A DNA stretch of 64,000 bases from Chloroflexota bacterium (GTDB lineage Bacteria > Chloroflexota > Dehalococcoidia > Bin125). The notes under the pieces are model-generated. The model made no database searches, had not been told where the DNA came from, and was given only the letters and a program-made list of their open reading frames with translations. Position numbers and translations under genes: made by a program. Positions 37,550-45,400 of this stretch are shown here, piece by piece. The stretch lies in assembly GCA_009838915.1 (NCBI GenBank), contig VXQT01000013.1, positions 135,746 to 199,745 on the forward strand, written 5' to 3'. How positions within the stretch are numbered: the stretch's first letter is position 1; each line of letters opens with the position of its first letter.

Positions 37550-38487
37550 CGCGCGCGGCAGTGCTCGCCGGGGGCGTCGGCGCGGCTCGATTTCTTGACG
37601 GTCTTGTCCGCGTCCTGCCGCCCGAAGACGTGACTGCGATCGTCAACGTAGGTGACGACATGGAGTGGGCCGGGCTGCACATCTCGCCCGACCTCGACAC
37701 GGTCTCGTACACCCTGGCCGGCCTGGTTAACCCGGAGACCGGCTGGGGCCTCATCGGCGAGTCGCGACGCACGCTGGACCGGCTCTCGCAACTGGGCGGA
37801 CCCGACTGGTTCATGATCGGCGACCTCGATCTGGCCACTCATCTCTACCGCACCCATCGTCTCTCGCAGGGCGACCCGCTCTCGGCGATCACCGGCGATC
37901 TCACCGCCCGCCTCGGGCTGCAGTGCGCGATCACACCCGTCACCGACGATCGGTTGCGCACGGTGGTGGGCACGGACAGCGGAGAGTTGGCCTTCCAGGA
38001 TTACTTCGTACGCCGCCGCGCCGCCGATCGCGTGCACTCGCTCAGATTCGACGGCGCCGACTCGGCCCGCCCAGCGCCGACGGTCGTCAAGACCCTGGAG
38101 CAGGCCGATGTCATCGTCATCGCGCCGTCCAATCCATTCCTCAGCATCGACCCGTTACTCAGCGTGCCGGGCTTGCGCGACTTGGTCGTCTCATACCGCT
38201 CTCGTGTCGTTGCAGTTAGCCCGATCGTTGGTGGGGCGGCGGTTAAGGGACCGGCGGCGGAGATCCTTCAGTCGCTGGGGCACGATGTCTCCGCGCTTGG
38301 CGTCGCGCGACTCTACGCGGACTTAGCCGGTGTATTCGTCCTCGACGAAGCTGACAAGCTCCTCGCCTCGAGGATTGAGGGCGAAACACAAATGCGCGTG
38401 GTCGTCATGCCAACGCTGATGACCGATGTCGGGGCGAAGATGTCGCTGGCCGAGGGAACCCTGAAGGCGGCGCTCAATGCCGACTGA
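37546..38487 (+). CDS. cofD: 2-phospho-L-lactate transferase (F420 biosynthesis)
   Basis: AVLAGGVGAARFL N-terminal motif and a CofD/YvcK fold. Confidence 0.85.
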   Translation: MTRAAVLAGGVGAARFLDGLVRVLPPEDVTAIVNVGDDMEWAGLHISPDLDTVSYTLAGLVNPETGWGLIGESRRTLDRLSQLGGPDWFMIGDLDLATHLYRTHRLSQGDPLSAITGDLTARLGLQCAITPVTDDRLRTVVGTDSGELAFQDYFVRRRAADRVHSLRFDGADSARPAPTVVKTLEQADVIVIAPSNPFLSIDPLLSVPGLRDLVVSYRSRVVAVSPIVGGAAVKGPAAEILQSLGHDVSALGVARLYADLAGVFVLDEADKLLASRIEGETQMRVVVMPTLMTDVGAKMSLAEGTLKAALNAD

Positions 38488-39169
38488 ACCGAGCGGCATC
38501 GTGGCCGTTGTTCCCGTGCGGGGACTGCCTGCGGGCAAACGCCGCCTGGCGGCTCTGCTCGATCTGGAGGAACGCAACTCACTGGTTCGCGCCATGCTGG
38601 ACGATGTGGTGGCTGCTCTGGTCGCTGCCGAGCGCGTCGACGAGGTCGTGATCGCATCGCGTGACGCCGCAGCACGCGACGAAGCGGCTCGTCTGAATGT
38701 CGGATTCCTCGATCAGACCGACCTGCGTCTCGGCTACAACCGGGCTGTGCAGTTCGCACAGGAGACGTTGGCCGACTCCGGTGCGATCCTGATCGTCCCG
38801 GCCGACGTGCCGCTAATCACCCCCGACTCGGTCGACATGATGGTCGCGACTGCGCCCGATGGTCCTGCAGTGGTCGTCGCGCCGGCGCACGATGGCGGCA
38901 CAAACGGACTGTTCCTGCGCCCTCCGGATGTCATTGCACCGCAGTTTGGACCGTCCTCGGCGCGCGCGCATCAACAGTCAGCGGCCGCCGCCGGCGAGAT
39001 GGGCGTGCCATTCCGCGAGTCGCGGATCGACGTCTGGGCGTTTGACCTGGACACACCGTCGGACTTGCGCTGGTTGAGGGAGGCGCTTCCGCAGTTGCCG
39101 GATGCGATCGCGCCCAACTCCAGGCGTTGGCTCTCGGCGCATGCGGCGCACATGGAAGCATTGAGCTAG
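38477..39169 (+). CDS. cofC: 2-phospho-L-lactate guanylyltransferase (F420 biosynthesis)
   Basis: IVAVVPVRGLPAGKRRL nucleotidyltransferase N-terminus. Overlaps cofD by 11 bp. Confidence 0.75.
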   Translation: MPTEPSGIVAVVPVRGLPAGKRRLAALLDLEERNSLVRAMLDDVVAALVAAERVDEVVIASRDAAARDEAARLNVGFLDQTDLRLGYNRAVQFAQETLADSGAILIVPADVPLITPDSVDMMVATAPDGPAVVVAPAHDGGTNGLFLRPPDVIAPQFGPSSARAHQQSAAAAGEMGVPFRESRIDVWAFDLDTPSDLRWLREALPQLPDAIAPNSRRWLSAHAAHMEALS

Positions 39170-39198
39170 GGAGCTCCTCCCTCTGTCCCGACGGGACA

Positions 39199-39223
39199 TC
39201 TCCCCCCGCTGCGCGGGGGGAGA
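39199..39223. terminator. GC-rich palindromic hairpin TCTCCCCCC-GCTGCGC-GGGGGGAGA between convergent genes
   Basis: 9-bp perfect stem with a 7-nt loop, preceded by a second small hairpin GTCCCGACGGGAC. Identical to the element after nrdJ. Confidence 0.6.
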
Positions 39224-39229
39224 TGGGAT

Positions 39230-40396
39230 TTAGGCGCGGGGGAGGCCGAAGCCTCGTTGGGCGATGATGTTGCGCTGGAGCTCATTGCCGCCGGCTCCGA
39301 AAGTGGGCATCACCGCTGCCAGGTATCCGTTCTCGGCAGAGCCGTCGATCGGCGCACGCTCGTCGTTGCCGTTGAGCTGACCGTACAGACCCATCGCGTG
39401 CAGCGAGAAGTTCTGCAAGCGCTGCATCATCTCCGTCGAGAAGATCTTGACCTGGCTGGCCTCGTAGTTGGGCGACTCTTCGCGCTTGAGCATGTCGAGG
39501 ATGCGATAGCTGAGGTGTTGCAGGACTTCGAGCTGAATCTTGAAGTCAGCCATCGTGCCTTTGATCCCGGCGTCCTCGATTGGTCGTCCCATCGGGGTGT
39601 CGGAACGCGCCCACTCCATCAGGCGGTCGTAGACGGCGCGTACGGACGAGACGGTGAAGATCGAAATTCGCTCACGGTCGAGCGCGTGGGCGGCGTAGTA
39701 CCAACCGCGGTTCTCCTCGCCGACGAGCACGTTGGTCGGCACCCGCACGTCCTCGAAGTAGACCTCGTTGGTGCGATAGCCGGCCATTGTCCAGAGCGGT
39801 TTCACCGTGATGCCGGCCGACTGCATGTCGACGAGCATCATCGAGACGCCGCGATGCTTAGGCGCGTCCGGGTCGGTGCGCGTCGCCAGCCAGACGTACT
39901 CGCTGCGATGCGCGCCCGAGGTGAAGCGCTTGATCCCGTTGAGGATGTAGTCGTCGCCGTCCTTGACGGCGCGCAACTGCAACGAAGCGAGGTCGGACCC
40001 CGCATCGGGTTCGGTATAACCGAGCGCGAACTCGACCTCGCCGCGGGCGATCGGCGGCAGGAACCGCTCTTGCTGCTCGTCGGTGCCGAAGCGCATCAGC
40101 GTCGGGCCAACCTGCTGAGTCGCGACGGTCGCCTGGGGCGCGCCGGCGTAGTTCATCGCCTCCCAGAAGAGGTACTGCTCCTCGAGCGAGCGCTCCTGAC
40201 CGCCATACTCGGCCGGCCAGGACATGGTCAGCCAGCCTCGCTCGGCGAGCAGCCTTCGGAATCCACGCTCTTCAACCATGGTGTCGGTCGTCGGGTCGCC
40301 GATCGTTGCCCGAAGCTCGGGAGTCCATTCCTGGTCGAGAAACTCGTTCACCTCGGTCTCGAAGGCGAGCGCCTTCTCGCTGAATCGGTATTCCAT
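39230..40396 (-). CDS. Acyl-CoA dehydrogenase family protein
   Basis: ACAD fold motifs (...YTEPDAGSD..., the catalytic base region, and a C-terminal helical domain). Confidence 0.8.
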   Translation of the reverse strand: MEYRFSEKALAFETEVNEFLDQEWTPELRATIGDPTTDTMVEERGFRRLLAERGWLTMSWPAEYGGQERSLEEQYLFWEAMNYAGAPQATVATQQVGPTLMRFGTDEQQERFLPPIARGEVEFALGYTEPDAGSDLASLQLRAVKDGDDYILNGIKRFTSGAHRSEYVWLATRTDPDAPKHRGVSMMLVDMQSAGITVKPLWTMAGYRTNEVYFEDVRVPTNVLVGEENRGWYYAAHALDRERISIFTVSSVRAVYDRLMEWARSDTPMGRPIEDAGIKGTMADFKIQLEVLQHLSYRILDMLKREESPNYEASQVKIFSTEMMQRLQNFSLHAMGLYGQLNGNDERAPIDGSAENGYLAAVMPTFGAGGNELQRNIIAQRGFGLPRA

Positions 40397-40454
40397 GGAA
40401 CTCTCCCCTGGGCGCGAGCGACGCGCAGACATTACCGCCTGACTCGGTCAAATG

Positions 40455-41858
40455 CTACCGCAGGCTGGGCAGGACTTTGTTAGGCGCGACCCTCACGATG
40501 TAGCTCGCCGCGCCGTTCAACATCCGCCTCGCAGACGCAGGCTGCGCTTCCTGAGCGGGTGCGTCTGCTGTTGGATGCTGCGGTACGCGGGCGCGGAGGA
40601 TGACAGGTCGAAGGAAGATCAGACCGGCAAGTATGGCCAGGACCGCGAACGACATTGGTGGGAACAGGGTCTCCATGGTGAGCGCCTGCGCGACCGCGCC
40701 CAGTGGTAGACCTGCGGCTTGGGCAATGCCCATACCGAGGAAGACAAGTCCCATGATCCGTCCGCGCATCTCGTTAGGCGTCTCGTGGGCGAGCGTCGCG
40801 TTGGCGGAGACCATGGCAGTCGACATGCCGATGCCGAGCAGGGCGTTGCCGAGCATGGCGTTGATCTGGGTCGGGGGATTGGTGAAGACCACGAAACCAA
40901 GCGCCATGATGATCACGCCGAGGCCGGTGAGCATCCCCTTGCGCTCGATCCACGAGAATCGCACCAGAACCAGCGACGCGACCATCGCGCCGCCGCCCCA
41001 GAAGACGGCGATGTAGCTGAACTGCGACCATGTCGCACCAACAACATTCGTCACCCACTGCGGACCGAGCGTCCCGGTCGGAGGCATGATCAGCGACATC
41101 ATCAGGACGACGATGACCACGGTCCAGAGGATGACCCCCTTGGAGCGCGCGTACCGCAAACCGGCGGCGATGTCGCGCAACGCCTGCCCTGCTCCCTGCC
41201 CCTGCCTCGCAGCCATGTGGGCTGCCGAGAAGACGGTCCGGTAAGACATCATCGCGAGAATCAGCACCTCGCCCAGGTGTCCAAACGCGGAAATCGCGAA
41301 CACGGCACCCTCGCCCAGGGTGTCAATCAACAGGCCGGAGGCGAAAATCGAAATCGGCATGGCGAACTGCATCGCGGCGGAGTTGAGCGCGATCCCGGAC
41401 GGCGTCAGCCGTGGTCCGAGGATTTCAGGTGTGATTGCGTTACGTGTGGGGCCGTCGATGGCGTGCGCCGATGAGGCGACGATGGTCAAGGCAAAGAAAA
41501 TGGCGATGTCGACGGCGCTGCCCGAGCCGGTGATCATCATCAGCGCGATCAGCAGGTTTGAGATGAAGGCGATCGACTGGGTGACCATCAACAGCCTGCG
41601 TCGGTCGAAACGGTCGGCAAGCGCGCCTCCGAAGAGACCGAAGCCGATCATCCCGATCCCGCGAATCGTGCCGATCGCGCCGACCATGATGATCTCGATG
41701 TCATCGGGCGCGACGAGCTGGATCCACGCAATCGAGGCGACAAACTGCAGCGGCATCATCGACTGACCGACGATGAAGCCGGTCAGCAGCAGCCGGAACT
41801 CGCGCAGCCTCAACGGCTCCGTCATGCCGGGACGCGCGGGAGGCGGCTGGGCGCTCAT
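40455..41858 (-). CDS. MFS transporter (EntS/enterobactin-exporter-like)
   Basis: 12 TM segments, with MFS motifs at GALADRFDRRRLL. Confidence 0.75.
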   Translation of the reverse strand: MSAQPPPARPGMTEPLRLREFRLLLTGFIVGQSMMPLQFVASIAWIQLVAPDDIEIIMVGAIGTIRGIGMIGFGLFGGALADRFDRRRLLMVTQSIAFISNLLIALMMITGSGSAVDIAIFFALTIVASSAHAIDGPTRNAITPEILGPRLTPSGIALNSAAMQFAMPISIFASGLLIDTLGEGAVFAISAFGHLGEVLILAMMSYRTVFSAAHMAARQGQGAGQALRDIAAGLRYARSKGVILWTVVIVVLMMSLIMPPTGTLGPQWVTNVVGATWSQFSYIAVFWGGGAMVASLVLVRFSWIERKGMLTGLGVIIMALGFVVFTNPPTQINAMLGNALLGIGMSTAMVSANATLAHETPNEMRGRIMGLVFLGMGIAQAAGLPLGAVAQALTMETLFPPMSFAVLAILAGLIFLRPVILRARVPQHPTADAPAQEAQPASARRMLNGAASYIVRVAPNKVLPSLR

Positions 41859-42487
41859 GTGCCTAGTTTCGCTGCTTCCAATACGGTGTGCGCCGACGAC
41901 TGCTTTACCTTGGCCACTCGCGTCGGTCCGAAGATGTCTACCAACCGGCGTGTCAGATACTTGCGCAATCCGTTTACAACCACGAGTGCCAGGCTGCCGC
42001 CGTCCAACATTGCGTCGTAGGCATCGAGCAGCAGTTGATCGAGCGCGTCATTGCCGGCCTGGGCGGGCAGGTTGGCGACGACAAGGTCGTAGGCGTGCAG
42101 CGGCTGCCGCAGTTGACGGATGCCGTCACTGAGCGTCACTGTTGCGTTCGCCAGTCGATTGCGCGCGATGTTCTGGGCGGCGGACTCGACTGCGCGCATG
42201 TCAGTATCGACCATATCGACTTGCGCGTCGGGCCAGCGAGCCGCGAGTGTGAGTCCGATTGCGCCGTATCCGCAGCCCAGGTCCAGGACTCGCGAGGGAG
42301 CGGGCAGCCGCTCCAACTCGCGGAGCAGCAGCGCGCTGCCTTCGTCTAGCGCACGGGCCGAGAAGAGGCCGTGACGGCTCCGGAGTTTCAGCACGCGGGG
42401 TCCTGCGTCTATGCGCAGCTCGGGCTGCTTGACAAGATGGCGTCGTAGTTCGACAACTCGGTCGGAGTCGACGGTGGAATCGCTCAC
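41855..42487 (-). CDS. Class I SAM-dependent methyltransferase (RsmC/small-domain type)
   Basis: VLDLGCGYGAIG SAM motif I and NLP motif IV-like (VVANLP). Confidence 0.75.
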   Translation of the reverse strand: MSDSTVDSDRVVELRRHLVKQPELRIDAGPRVLKLRSRHGLFSARALDEGSALLLRELERLPAPSRVLDLGCGYGAIGLTLAARWPDAQVDMVDTDMRAVESAAQNIARNRLANATVTLSDGIRQLRQPLHAYDLVVANLPAQAGNDALDQLLLDAYDAMLDGGSLALVVVNGLRKYLTRRLVDIFGPTRVAKVKQSSAHTVLEAAKLGT

Positions 42488-43575
42488 AGCGGATCAATCT
42501 TCTCGGAGACCGGAACAAAATCACCCATGTGCTCCGGGTCCATACGTCCCACGATTCCGGGATAGATGCCCGTGCGCTTACCGGCCGTCGCGCCGGCGAC
42601 CGCGATCAAAATGTGTGAGGGATGCGCGACCTTGGACATCGGTCGGTCGAGTTCGTCGGGCCCAAGACCGGAGTGGGCCAGGGCTGTGTCGGTGACGCCT
42701 CCGCCGACCTCAGCCGAGACGAGGCGTTCTCGGATCGGCAGAGCCGTCAGTTCCATAAGCGCTTCGCGGATGTCGGCCTTGCTCCAGCCGTCATGGCGGA
42801 AGACATGGGCATGTTCGGGGCTAACTACCAGCATCGATGGGCCGATTTGACCGTTGGGGCTAAAGATGCGCTGGAAGCCCATTGCCAGGGAACCGACCAG
42901 CGCGCGGGCGCTGCGGCTGTACTCGTCGATGCAGAGGCGAGGCCCGCCAATCACGGGTAGGAGCGTGACGACGCTGTCGTCGGGCGCGTAGCCGAACTCG
43001 ACATGTAGCGGCGGCCAGGGCGAGGCGTCCTCGTGCTCGGCGAAGGTGAGCGTGAATTTGTGGGCTCCACCAAGAATGGTCTGATCGATTTCGCCCTCTC
43101 GAGCCCCGCCGATGTTGCGCAACACAAGGCGCAACGCCCGGCCGATTGTCATGTTCGCTCGGTTGCCCTGGCCCAGCGCGTTGAGGCCCCAGTTCATTCC
43201 GATTTGTTCCCGGATTGGTCCGTTGACGATCAGCATCGGCGAGATGCCGTCCGTGCTGGCGACAACCCCGTGCAAGGGGAAACGGCCGGCTGATGCGGCT
43301 CGCACCGCGGCAATGATCGCGGGCAGGTACTCGGGCTTGGCCCCGGCTGCGACTGCGTTGACGGCAATCTTCTCGACCGTCGCATCGGCATAGTTGGGTG
43401 GGATTCTGCCGATGATCTCCGCTGGAGAGCACCGTGTTGCGCTCAGCATCCGCTCGACTCGCTCGCGAGTCGGCGGGACCAACGGGAGGCCGTCGGTGAT
43501 TCGCTGTTCGAGCATGAACTCGTAGACATCGTCGTGATCGGCGATGTCGACGGTTCGGGACAGGAGCTCGGTCAT
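42484..43575 (-). CDS. Uncharacterised conserved protein, paralog 1 of a tandem family (possibly the GGGtGRT family)
   Basis: Conserved blocks shared by three proteins in the window: DHDDVYEF, DGLPxVPPTRERV, NALGQGNRAN..GRALRL, FAEHEDASPW, GGP..CID. Has a GGGVTDT motif. Confidence 0.6.
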   Translation of the reverse strand: MTELLSRTVDIADHDDVYEFMLEQRITDGLPLVPPTRERVERMLSATRCSPAEIIGRIPPNYADATVEKIAVNAVAAGAKPEYLPAIIAAVRAASAGRFPLHGVVASTDGISPMLIVNGPIREQIGMNWGLNALGQGNRANMTIGRALRLVLRNIGGAREGEIDQTILGGAHKFTLTFAEHEDASPWPPLHVEFGYAPDDSVVTLLPVIGGPRLCIDEYSRSARALVGSLAMGFQRIFSPNGQIGPSMLVVSPEHAHVFRHDGWSKADIREALMELTALPIRERLVSAEVGGGVTDTALAHSGLGPDELDRPMSKVAHPSHILIAVAGATAGKRTGIYPGIVGRMDPEHMGDFVPVSEKIDPL

Positions 43576-44681
43576 GAACGGATCAGGGCGGAAGGCGGCT
43601 TGAACACTGGAGCGGTCTGCGTTGGATCGCCATCACCGAAGATGCCCTGGTAGATACTGGTCCACTTGCCGGCGTGGCTCCCGGCGACAGTGATGGCGAT
43701 GAAGGAGGGATCGGCGACCTTGGACATCGGTGCATCAAGGTCCGCCTCGGAGAGACCGTACTTCTCGGTCACGTACTCGTTGATGCCGCCGCCCATCGTC
43801 GGCGTGGCAAGACGCTCCCGCAGCGGGAGCGCGGTGAACTCCATGATCGCTTCGCGGATGTTGTCCTTCGACCAGCCATCCGCGCGATAGACATCGGCGT
43901 GTTCAGGGCTGATCACGAACATCGTCGGCGTAACCTGGCCGCGCGGCTTGACGACCTGCTGGAACGCCATGGCTATCGACCCGGTTAGTGCGCGAGCGTC
44001 GCGGCTGGTCTGGTCGATGCAGACACGCGGACCGCCGGTCGTGGGAAGCAAGGAAACCACGCTGTCAGCGGGATCGTAGCCGTGCTCGACGTGGAATGGT
44101 TCCCAGGGCGAGGTGTCTTCGTCTTCGGCGTAGCTGAGGGTCCACTTGTGTCCGCCGCCCTGGATGGCCTGCTCGATCTCGCCAGGCACCGCGCCGCCAA
44201 TGTTGCGCAGCATCAATCGCAGCGCGCGTCCGAGGGTCGAGTTGGCGCGGTTGCCCTGGCCCAGCGCGTTGAGCCCCCAATTCATGCCGATCGCTTTGCG
44301 CACTGGCCCGTTGACCAGCATCATCGGCGCGAGTCCCGCTGTAGTGGCGATCGAGCCGTGCAGTGGAAAGCGTCCGTCGGCCGCCGCTTCGACCGAGGCC
44401 AGAACTACGGGGAAGTACTCGGGCTTACAACCTGCCATGACCGCGTTGATGGCTGCCTTCTCGACTGTCATCGGCGCCATGTTGGGCGGGAGCGTCGCAA
44501 CCACCGCGCTGCGGTTGCTCCACTGCTCGGGGGCGCGCTCCAGCATCCGGTCGACGCGCTCGCGCGTCGGCGGGACGACCGGGAGGCCGTCGGTGATGCC
44601 CTGGTCGAAGATGAACTCGTGGACATCATCGTGGTCGGCGATCTCGATGACTCTTGAGTAGAAGTCGGATTCGCCGGACAC
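43572..44681 (-). CDS. Uncharacterised conserved protein, paralog 2
   Basis: The same conserved blocks as paralog 1. 4-bp overlap with paralog 1. Confidence 0.6.
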   Translation of the reverse strand: MSGESDFYSRVIEIADHDDVHEFIFDQGITDGLPVVPPTRERVDRMLERAPEQWSNRSAVVATLPPNMAPMTVEKAAINAVMAGCKPEYFPVVLASVEAAADGRFPLHGSIATTAGLAPMMLVNGPVRKAIGMNWGLNALGQGNRANSTLGRALRLMLRNIGGAVPGEIEQAIQGGGHKWTLSYAEDEDTSPWEPFHVEHGYDPADSVVSLLPTTGGPRVCIDQTSRDARALTGSIAMAFQQVVKPRGQVTPTMFVISPEHADVYRADGWSKDNIREAIMEFTALPLRERLATPTMGGGINEYVTEKYGLSEADLDAPMSKVADPSFIAITVAGSHAGKWTSIYQGIFGDGDPTQTAPVFKPPSALIRS

Positions 44682-44721
44682 AGAGAAGCCCTGTCTGTTG
44701 ATGTTGGCTGGCGCCCCCTCT

Positions 44722-44772
44722 GCCTTCGCTTCTCTCTCCCCCCGAGGAGCGGGGAGAGAGAGAAGCGAAGGC
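44722..44772. terminator. Long GC-rich hairpin (~20-bp stem) between the selenoprotein gene and paralog 2
   Basis: GCCTTCGCTTCTCTCTCCCC ... GGGGAGAGAGAGAAGCGAAGGC with a 9-nt loop CCGAGGAGC. No U-tract. Confidence 0.5.
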
Positions 44773-44799
44773 GTCGATCCTCCAGAGGAGGACGAAGAG

Positions 44800-45330
44800 C
44801 TACTCGACGGGCGCCATCAAGGTGTCAAGAATCTCGTCGACGAAGCGTTCGGCGTGTTCGTGCATCTCGGCGTCGGTGCGGTCCTGCATCGGATGCGGAA
44901 TGAAGACGCGACGCACTTCTTCGAGTCCAAGTCGCTCGGCCTGGTGGCTGGCGGCCTTGATGAACTCGGAGGTGGCGACGAAAACGCTGGGCTTGCCCTG
45001 CAGTTCGAAAAAGACGGTGTCGTGCACACTGCACGTCGTGCAGGATCCTCAATCGGCGAGCGCTTCGATGACGAAGTCGCACTCCTCCAGAATCTCATCC
45101 TTGATCGGTTGCGGGGCCGGCTTGGCGACAGTCGGCTTCATGAAGCGGCGCGTCTCGACTCCTGGCGCGCGCTCGTGCAGCAATTCCTCAAGCCGGTCGA
45201 GGAAGACGTCGCCGCGCGGCTTGGAAATGTCGAGCAGCGCAATCGTCCCATGCAGCGCCTCGGGGCGCGGCGTGAGCGATCGCTTGATCGGCACTCGTTC
45301 GTCCGTAGGGTCGAGGATCTGGGTAACCAT
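44800..45330 (-). CDS. UGSC family selenoprotein with selenocysteine at an in-frame TGA (minus-strand codon 45051..45049)
   Basis: ORFs 45049..45330 and 44800..45027 are in the same frame, separated by one TGA and 7 codons. Read-through gives ...EALAD-U-GSCTTCS-VHDTVFF..., which is the U-G-S-C motif. A hairpin lies 11 nt downstream of the UGA. Thioredoxin-like context. Confidence 0.75.
45019..45051 (-). other. Candidate bacterial SECIS element: UGA followed by an 11-nt spacer and a hairpin GACGUGCA-GUG-UGCACGAC
   Basis: 7-bp stem with one A.A mismatch and a GUG apical loop. It starts 11 nt 3' of the UGA, matching the positional rule for SelB-dependent recoding. Confidence 0.55.
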
Positions 45331-45400
45331 TGGACCTCTCCATCAACGCGCCGTCTGCAGGGTTGCGGCGCGCTACTCGCAGTCTGTCATACTCGGCGTC

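Noticed and set aside
45049-45051. Alternative reading of the in-frame TGA as a sequencing error or pseudogene
   Set aside because: Both flanking fragments are in the same frame and have coding-like composition. The TGA is followed by GSC (the U-G-S-C family motif), and a hairpin sits at the SECIS position. Selenocysteine recoding is more parsimonious, though unproven.
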